DNA of 4,506 bases from a virus (lineage: Duplodnaviria > Heunggongvirae > Uroviricota > Caudoviricetes). Under the pieces are notes generated by a model. The model was not told the DNA's origin, did no database searches, and saw nothing but the letters and a program-made list of their open reading frames with translations. Shown one piece after another: positions 1-4,506 of this stretch. Each line of letters opens with the position of its first letter. Position 1 is the first letter of the stretch. The position numbers and the translations under genes are program-made. The stretch is from the IMG/VR virus record IMGVR_UViG_2706794692_000008; one strand, 5' to 3'.

Positions 1-69
1 CTTTAGAGTAACGTTGGGTTTTTCTGCTCATTATTAGCTCCTTCTGATGCCATTCTATTTCAGGAAGGA

Positions 70-772
70 GTGTCCGTTAAACTCAGGCTACCTCAGGTTA
101 TTCGCTTCTGGGCATGGGCGGATCAACAAATGATAGACGGTAATGCAGATTGTAACGCTCGCGGCGTTACAAAAAGTGCAATAGATCGCATCACTTTTAT
201 GTCTGGTTTTGCTGATGCGTTAATTCAGGTTGGATGGCTGGTCGAAAATGACGGAGGGCTTTCTCTACCTAACTTTGAACGTCATAACGGAAAAAGCTCT
301 AAAAAAAACGGGCGGTTACAAACGAGCGAGTAACAAAAATACGCGAACTGAAACGAAAAGGTAACGCTGCCAGCGTTACACAAACGGATCAAAAAGCGTT
401 ACCAGAGGAAGAGGAAGAGGAAGATCTAAATACTGATCTCCCCCTCGCCAAAAACGAGCGTCTAAAAAATTCGAGCCGGAGGCTATTGAGCTGCCCGATT
501 GGTTGCCGGAAACACTCTGGCATGAGTGGGTCCGGTTCAGACAGGCATTGCGAAAACCGATTCGAACGGAGCAGGGCGCTAACGGGGCGATACGGGAACT
601 GGAAAAATTCCGTCAGCAGGGTTTTACACCTGAGCAGGTGATTCGACACAGCATCGCCAATGAATACCAGGGCCTGTTCGCGCCGAAAGGTGTTCGGCCT
701 GAGACGTTGCTCCGACAGGTTAACACCGTCTCGTTGCCGGACAGTGCGATCCCGCCAGGCTTCAGGGGGTAA
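70..772 (+). pseudogene. DnaT-like phage replication/primosomal protein with interrupted reading frame (frame 1 70-333, frame 3 303-641 with no start, frame 2 437-772)
   Basis: GTG at 70 sits directly after AGGAAGGAG (62-69), and all three frames carry stops within nt 4-37, so the 5' end is uncertain. The last segment ends ...VNTVSLPDSAIPPGFRG, which matches my recollection of the E. coli DnaT C-terminus (...NTVSEPDSQIPPGFRG). The three overlapping open frames join into one coherent protein if one A is added to the A8 run (301-308) and one to the A6 run (464-469). The middle frame encodes a basic stretch (NERVTKIRELKRKGNAASVT) and an EEEEEE linker from (GAGGAA)3 at 405-422. Its stop (770-772) lies 6 nt before the dnaC-like start, the same adjacency as chromosomal dnaT-dnaC. 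Confidence 0.6.
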
Positions 773-778
773 CGGACC

Positions 779-1525
779 ATGAAAAATATTGCGACAGGCG
801 GCGTTCTGGAACGCATCCGCCGACTGACCCCGCCACATGTAACCGCCCCATTCAGAACGGTAGCGGAGTGGCGCGAGTGGCAACTTGCTGAAGGCCAGAA
901 ACGTAGCGAGGAGATCAACCGCCTGAATCGCCAGTTGCGGGTGGAAAAAATTCTGAATCGCTCAGGCATCCAGCCGTTGCACCGTAAATGCTCGTTTGCG
1001 AATTACCAGGTGCAGAACGACGGCCAGCGATACGCGTTAAGCCAGGCGAAATCCATCGCCGATGAACTGATGACCGGGTGTACAAATTTTGCGTTCAGCG
1101 GAAAACCTGGTACCGGGAAGAATCACTTAGCGGCAGCTATCGGGAATCGCCTGCTGAAAGACGGTCAGACAGTGATTGTGGTTACCGTGGCTGATGTTAT
1201 GAGCGCCCTGCACGCCAGCTATGACGACGGGCAGTCAGGCGAAAAATTTTTGCGGGAGCTGTGCGAAGTGGATCTGCTGGTTCTTGATGAAATTGGCATT
1301 CAGCGCGAGACGAAAAACGAGCAGGTGGTGCTGCACCAGATTGTTGATCGCCGGACAGCGTCGATGCGCAGCGTGGGGATGCTGACAAACCTGAACTATG
1401 AGGTGATGAAAACATTGCTCGGCGAGCGGGTGATGGATCGCATGGTCATGAACGGCGGGCGCTGGGTGAATTTTAACTGGGAGAGCTGGCGTCCGAATGT
1501 TAGCCATTCGAGGGTTGTTAAGTAG
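779..1525 (+). CDS. DnaC-like AAA+ helicase loader (phage replication protein)
   Basis: 248-aa ORF with ATG at 779 and a G-rich SD-like stretch (765-769). Walker A is FSGKPGTGKNHLAAAIG (G108 at nt 1100) and Walker B is LLVLDEIG. The overall pattern (CSFANY..., MLTNLN, LGERVMDRM, NFNW) closely matches E. coli DnaC as I recall it. Resembles the DnaC-like gene of Rac-type prophages (cf. ydaV), but the symbol is not asserted. Confidence 0.9.
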   Translation: MKNIATGGVLERIRRLTPPHVTAPFRTVAEWREWQLAEGQKRSEEINRLNRQLRVEKILNRSGIQPLHRKCSFANYQVQNDGQRYALSQAKSIADELMTGCTNFAFSGKPGTGKNHLAAAIGNRLLKDGQTVIVVTVADVMSALHASYDDGQSGEKFLRELCEVDLLVLDEIGIQRETKNEQVVLHQIVDRRTASMRSVGMLTNLNYEVMKTLLGERVMDRMVMNGGRWVNFNWESWRPNVSHSRVVK

Positions 1526-1539
1526 TTTCAGGAGGATTT

Positions 1540-1962
1540 ATGGCGAAACCTTTTACTCCCGAACAGCGGGAAGAACTGAAGACGCGAATTGTGGAACTCG
1601 TGCATCAGGACGGTCGGGTCACGATTCGGCAGTTGTCAGATGAAACAGGTATCAGTCGTGCGTCTGTCGGTCGCTTATGCATAGAACTGGTCGCAAGTGG
1701 TGATGTATATAATTCTGGCTACGGCTTATTCCCGTCTGAACAGGCTCGCAAGGACTGGCAAAGCGCCCGCAAAAAACTCTCGAGAGTAAAGGTGAGGAAA
1801 CCGGTTGTTGTTGATCCGGACCTTATCTGGTCATTACCTGACGGAGAAATACGCCGCTACGACAGGCGCCTGAATATAATCTGTCGCGAGTGCCGGAAGA
1901 GCGAAGCTATGCAGCGTGTACTGGCTTTCTATCAGGGTAATTTTCAGGAGGCGATACTGTGA
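1540..1962 (+). CDS. hypothetical protein, N-terminal winged-helix/HTH-like segment
   Basis: 140-aa ORF with AGGAGG (1530-1535) 4 nt before ATG 1540, starting 15 nt after the dnaC-like stop. The segment RVTIRQLSDETGISRASVGRLCIELVASGDV looks like a helix-turn-helix. Family not recognised. Confidence 0.6.
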   Translation: MAKPFTPEQREELKTRIVELVHQDGRVTIRQLSDETGISRASVGRLCIELVASGDVYNSGYGLFPSEQARKDWQSARKKLSRVKVRKPVVVDPDLIWSLPDGEIRRYDRRLNIICRECRKSEAMQRVLAFYQGNFQEAIL

Positions 1963-2019
1963 ATGAAATTAGCTATCAGGCTTCAATTACCGCTGGCATT
2001 CGCATCAAAGGAGAGGAGC

Positions 2020-2376
2020 ATGGAAATAAAACCAGAAGATGAGTTAAGCAATATCGTTTTATTTCCGGTAAAAGAGGATGACCCTCGTAATCAGGTTAAT
2101 TTTCTTTATGAGCCATCGGAAAGACCATATTGCCATCACGCCTCTGTACGGGTTGACGAAAAAGAGCGTCAGGTCCGCTGTAAAATCTGCGGTGCGGTTG
2201 TGGAGCCGTTTGACTGGATGCTCTCTGTGGCAAAAAGAGAAACCAGACTGGCAGATGATGTAAGGCTATTGCGCCAGGAGGAACAGGAAAGGCGGAGAAA
2301 TATAGAAAAGCTGATACAGATTGAGCGTAACGCGAAAGCGCGGATACGCAGGGCGACAAAATCCAGAACTGAATAA
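2020..2376 (+). CDS. hypothetical Cys/His-containing protein with basic coiled-coil-like C-terminus (alternative start ATG 1963)
   Basis: ATG 2020 is preceded by AGGAG (2009-2013) with a 6-nt spacer. The in-frame ATG 1963 directly abuts the TGA (1960-1962) of the upstream gene, with AGGAGG (1946-1951) 11 nt upstream, so a 137-aa form is possible. Contains YCHH...(17 aa)...CKICG, then a Glu/Arg-rich tail (RLLRQEEQERRRNIEKLIQIERNAKARIRR). Confidence 0.5.
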   Translation: MEIKPEDELSNIVLFPVKEDDPRNQVNFLYEPSERPYCHHASVRVDEKERQVRCKICGAVVEPFDWMLSVAKRETRLADDVRLLRQEEQERRRNIEKLIQIERNAKARIRRATKSRTE

Positions 2377-2413
2377 TTAAATTTAGCACTGTTAAAAATT
2401 TAATCCTTAACCG

Positions 2414-2444
2414 GAGGGATTTCTGCACCCTCAAATCATCAGGA
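2414..2444 (+). promoter_or_regulatory. candidate RNA hairpin with possible H-type pseudoknot, upstream of the queH-like gene
   Basis: Stem GAGGG (2414-2418) pairs with CCCUC (2428-2432) around a 9-nt loop AUUUCUGCA. Loop UUCUG (2421-2425) can pair with CAGGA (2440-2444) across an A-rich linker AAAUCAU. The downstream strand overlaps an AGGAG that has no start codon after it. Confidence 0.15.
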
Positions 2445-2523
2445 GACCACCCGAAAGGGCGGGGAGCAGTCACACATCTGTTTCCGATAGCCCCGTTCTA
2501 ATGCTACACTCTTTGATATTTTT

Positions 2524-3210
2524 ATGACCCCAATAAACATATTTATGACAGTTGCTGATTTCAAACGGCCCAAATTGGAGCTCCCAAACGGGGCAAACAA
2601 ACTACTACTGCACTCTTGCTGTGCTCCATGTTCCGGTGAGGTGATGGAGGCGCTTCAGGCCTCGGGAATCGACTACACCATCTTTTTCTACAACCCGAAC
2701 ATTCATCCTCAGAAAGAGTATTTAATTCGTAAGGATGAGAATATTCGCTTTGCTGAACAACACGGCGTGCCGTTTATTGATGCTGATTACGACACAGACA
2801 ACTGGTTTGAACGAGCCAAAGGAATGGAATGGGAGCCCGAACGAGGGATCCGTTGCACCATGTGTTTTGACATGCGTTTTGAGCGGACAGCGCTGTACGC
2901 CGCTGAAAATGGTTTCAGTGTGATCAGCAGTTCACTGGGCATTTCACGCTGGAAAAATATGCAGCAGGTTAACGACTGTGGGCGGCGAGCCGTCGCGCAT
3001 TATCCGGGCATGGTGTACTGGGATTATAACTGGCGCAAGCAGGGCGGCTCGTCCCGTATGATTGAAATCAGCAAGCGCGAAAAATTCTATCAGCAGGAAT
3101 ATTGTGGCTGTGTGTATTCTCTGCGCGATACCAATCTACACCGCAAATCTCAGGGACGCCCTCTTATCAAAATTGGTCAACTCCACTACGGTAAAGAAGA
3201 GAAGGAGTGA
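2524..3210 (+). CDS. queH: QueH-like (DUF208 family) epoxyqueuosine reductase
   Basis: 228-aa ORF with the [11 protein letters not shown] motif (Cys codons 2617-2631), the hallmark I associate with DUF208/QueH, plus further conserved-looking Cys pairs (CTMCFD, YCGCVY). No clear SD before ATG 2524; an in-frame ATG at 2545 is an alternative start. Possible weak promoter TTCCGA (2482-2487), 17 nt, TACACT (2505-2510). Confidence 0.75.
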   Translation: MTPINIFMTVADFKRPKLELPNGANKLLLHSCCAPCSGEVMEALQASGIDYTIFFYNPNIHPQKEYLIRKDENIRFAEQHGVPFIDADYDTDNWFERAKGMEWEPERGIRCTMCFDMRFERTALYAAENGFSVISSSLGISRWKNMQQVNDCGRRAVAHYPGMVYWDYNWRKQGGSSRMIEISKREKFYQQEYCGCVYSLRDTNLHRKSQGRPLIKIGQLHYGKEEKE

Positions 3211-3231
3211 TTTTATGGGGCACCTTTCTGA

Positions 3232-3261
3232 TTGATTTCATATTGGCGAGGTAAGTAGAAT
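3232..3261 (+). promoter_or_regulatory. candidate sigma70 promoter reading into the masked region
   Basis: TTGATT (3232-3237), 18-nt spacer, TAGAAT (3256-3261). Predicted transcription start near 3268, just before the hairpin at 3280-3316. Confidence 0.35.
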
Positions 3262-3355
3262 GACTGCGGGTGCTTGAGGCTATCTGCTTCAGGCATGAAC
3301 ACCAAAAGGCAGATAGAGAAAAGCCCCAGTTAACATTACGCGTCCGGCAAGACGC

Positions 3356-3605
3356 NNNNNNNNNNNNNNNNNNNNNNNNNNNNNNNNNNNNNNNNNNNNN
3401 NNNNNNNNNNNNNNNNNNNNNNNNNNNNNNNNNNNNNNNNNNNNNNNNNNNNNNNNNNNNNNNNNNNNNNNNNNNNNNNNNNNNNNNNNNNNNNNNNNNN
3501 NNNNNNNNNNNNNNNNNNNNNNNNNNNNNNNNNNNNNNNNNNNNNNNNNNNNNNNNNNNNNNNNNNNNNNNNNNNNNNNNNNNNNNNNNNNNNNNNNNNN
3601 NNNNN
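3356..3605. other. run of 250 N (masked or unresolved sequence)
   Basis: Directly visible. Content and true length are unknown; any ORF drawn across it is uninterpretable. Confidence 1.
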
Positions 3606-3629
3606 CATCCTCAACGCACCCGCACTTAA

Positions 3630-3672
3630 CCCGCCCATCGCTGTGATCTCTCAGCGTTTCGGCGGGTTTTTT
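3630..3672 (+). terminator. intrinsic (Rho-independent) terminator
   Basis: CCCGCC (3630-3635) pairs with GGCGGG (3661-3666), with an inner helix CGCUG (3639-3643) / CAGCG (3652-3656), followed by T6 (3667-3672). The reverse complement has no T-run, so it is + oriented. Confidence 0.6.
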
Positions 3673-3692
3673 GTTGTTTATTTCCGGTGAAT

Positions 3693-3720
3693 TTGATTCG
3701 CGCACCTTCGCAGATAGAAT
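3693..3720 (+). promoter_or_regulatory. candidate sigma70 promoter for the 95-aa ORF and DUF1367-like gene
   Basis: TTGATT (3693-3698), 16-nt spacer, TAGAAT (3715-3720), the same hexamers as the promoter candidate at 3232-3261. It lies about 80 nt upstream of ATG 3802. Confidence 0.4.
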
Positions 3721-3801
3721 CGACTCACTTAAGTAGCGCGCAGGGAGAAGAGGGATGGACCCCGAACAGGGGAGAGCTATTTATCTGGAAGGATTCTGAA
3801 G

Positions 3802-4089
3802 ATGAAAATCGAAGAATTGCGTGAAATTTTTAGTGAAAATGGCCTCTATGCTGTGCGCGTTGAGAATGGAGCGATTGTCAGCCATTGCCGCATTAGATGT
3901 TTGCAATCTCAACAAAGGAAGAGCGGTGCTGTGTTATTTTATTTTTGTAATGGACTTCTGACGGACGGTTTTATTTTGCGTGAGGACGAATTTGTCACAT
4001 CATTACGGGTTTTGAAAGAGATTGGTTTTAAGGCTGGTTTTCTGCTTTTGCTGAAGAATAAACTCATCTACAATCTTGAGCAGGATTGA
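3802..4089 (+). CDS. hypothetical protein (95 aa), AT-rich
   Basis: ATG 3802 is preceded by GGAAGGA (3787-3793) with an 8-nt spacer. Composition is noticeably more AT-rich than the replication genes. The stop TGA (4087-4089) is 38 nt upstream of the next gene's probable start. No family recognised. Confidence 0.5.
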   Translation: MKIEELREIFSENGLYAVRVENGAIVSHCRIRCLQSQQRKSGAVLFYFCNGLLTDGFILREDEFVTSLRVLKEIGFKAGFLLLLKNKLIYNLEQD

Positions 4090-4127
4090 ACTCCTGCTGT
4101 GTAACACCGTGCCACCGGAGAAAGCCG

Positions 4128-4481
4128 ATGGCACATATACAACTGGTCAAACAAACCTCTTCCGGATTACTTCTCCCGGCGACGCCGGAGAGTTGCGATT
4201 TTCTGCATCAAATCAAAATAGGTGAGTGGATACACGCAGACTTTAAGCGTGTGTGTAACTACGCATTCCACAAGCGTTTTTTCAAACTCCTGCAACTGGG
4301 TTTCGATTACTGGACTCCGGTCGGTGGGGCGATCACGCCTCGCGAACGAAAACTGGTGTCCGGTTTCGTTGATTACCTGTGTGAATCAGTAGGCCGGGAA
4401 CATACGCCAGCTCTGAGCGAAGCCGCAGAGCAATTGAGGTGTACTGGCAATAGCGGACACTACCATTTGTTCTTTTTTTAA
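4128..4481 (+). CDS. DUF1367-like phage nin-region protein (tentative family call)
   Basis: ATG 4128 is preceded by GGAG (4117-4120) with a 7-nt spacer; the track's longer ORF begins at TTG 4086. The N-terminal pattern (HIQLVKQTSSGLLLPATPESCDFLHQIKIGEWIHADFKRVCNYAFHKRFFKLLQLGFDYW) resembles what I recall of DUF1367 proteins in lambdoid nin regions. The stop TAA (4479-4481) follows a T7 run, 25 nt from the window end. Confidence 0.55.
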   Translation: MAHIQLVKQTSSGLLLPATPESCDFLHQIKIGEWIHADFKRVCNYAFHKRFFKLLQLGFDYWTPVGGAITPRERKLVSGFVDYLCESVGREHTPALSEAAEQLRCTGNSGHYHLFFF

Positions 4482-4506
4482 GCAGCCATCTGATGATATT
4501 TTTCCC

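Noticed and set aside
1-69. Possible 3' end of an upstream gene or promoter for the dnaT-like gene
   Set aside because: Stops occur in all three + frames within nt 4-37 and no convincing -35/-10 pair was found, so nothing here could be supported.
405-422. (GAGGAA)3 tandem repeat
   Set aside because: Fully explained as a poly-Glu linker (EEEEEE) in the middle frame of the dnaT-like gene; too short to count as a repeat array or CRISPR-like element.
389-883. 164-aa ORF on the - strand
   Set aside because: Lies antisense to the dnaT-like and dnaC-like coding sequence, has no recognisable motifs and a low-complexity Ser-rich tail; typical shadow ORF of a GC-rich coding region.
613-969. 118-aa ORF on the - strand
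   Set aside because: Antisense to the same well-supported + strand genes and spans the gene junction; no supporting signals.
1197-1507. Two - strand ORFs (72 aa and 90 aa)
   Set aside because: Entirely inside the dnaC-like gene on the opposite strand; judged to be frame shadows.
2078-2263. 61-aa + strand ORF in an alternative frame
   Set aside because: Nested out of frame inside the better-supported 2020..2376 gene.
2096-2473. 125-aa ORF on the - strand
   Set aside because: Antisense to the Cys/His protein gene and the intergenic hairpin region; no start context or motif support.
2735-2923. 62-aa + strand ORF in an alternative frame
   Set aside because: Nested out of frame inside the queH-like gene.
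3215-3235. Six-codon ORF (MGHLSD) with a perfect AAGGAG SD directly after the queH-like stop
   Set aside because: The SD-like sequence is the coding 3' end of the queH-like gene (EKE codons); the ORF is too short to call without conservation data.
3270-3705. Track ORFs 3270..3629 (+), 3289..3705 (-) and 3336..3638 (-) that cross the N-run
   Set aside because: Most of their translation is X from N bases, so neither frame continuity nor length is real. Only the + strand possibility is kept, as a hypothesis inside the masked-unit finding.
3760-3772. Small GC hairpin CCCC-GAACA-GGGG in the 5' leader of the 95-aa ORF
   Set aside because: Only a 4-bp stem with no U-tract; no evidence it is more than chance.

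Overview
The window reads as the replication-to-nin segment of a lambdoid (Rac-like) enterobacterial prophage, with every supported gene on the + strand. In order: a DnaT-like replication protein whose frame is broken at two A-homopolymers, a DnaC-like helicase loader, two small uncharacterised genes (winged-helix-like; Cys/His plus coiled-coil), a QueH-type (DUF208) epoxyqueuosine-reductase-like gene that looks like cargo, a 250-nt run of N bracketed by a sigma70-like promoter and an intrinsic terminator, an AT-rich 95-aa ORF, and a DUF1367-like nin-region gene. No rRNA, tRNA, CRISPR array, transposase or integrase is visible in the readable sequence. Family assignments rest on motifs recalled from memory and on the ORF track, not on any database search. 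The most interesting parts are the queH-like cargo gene with a possible upstream pseudoknot, and the masked promoter-to-terminator unit.
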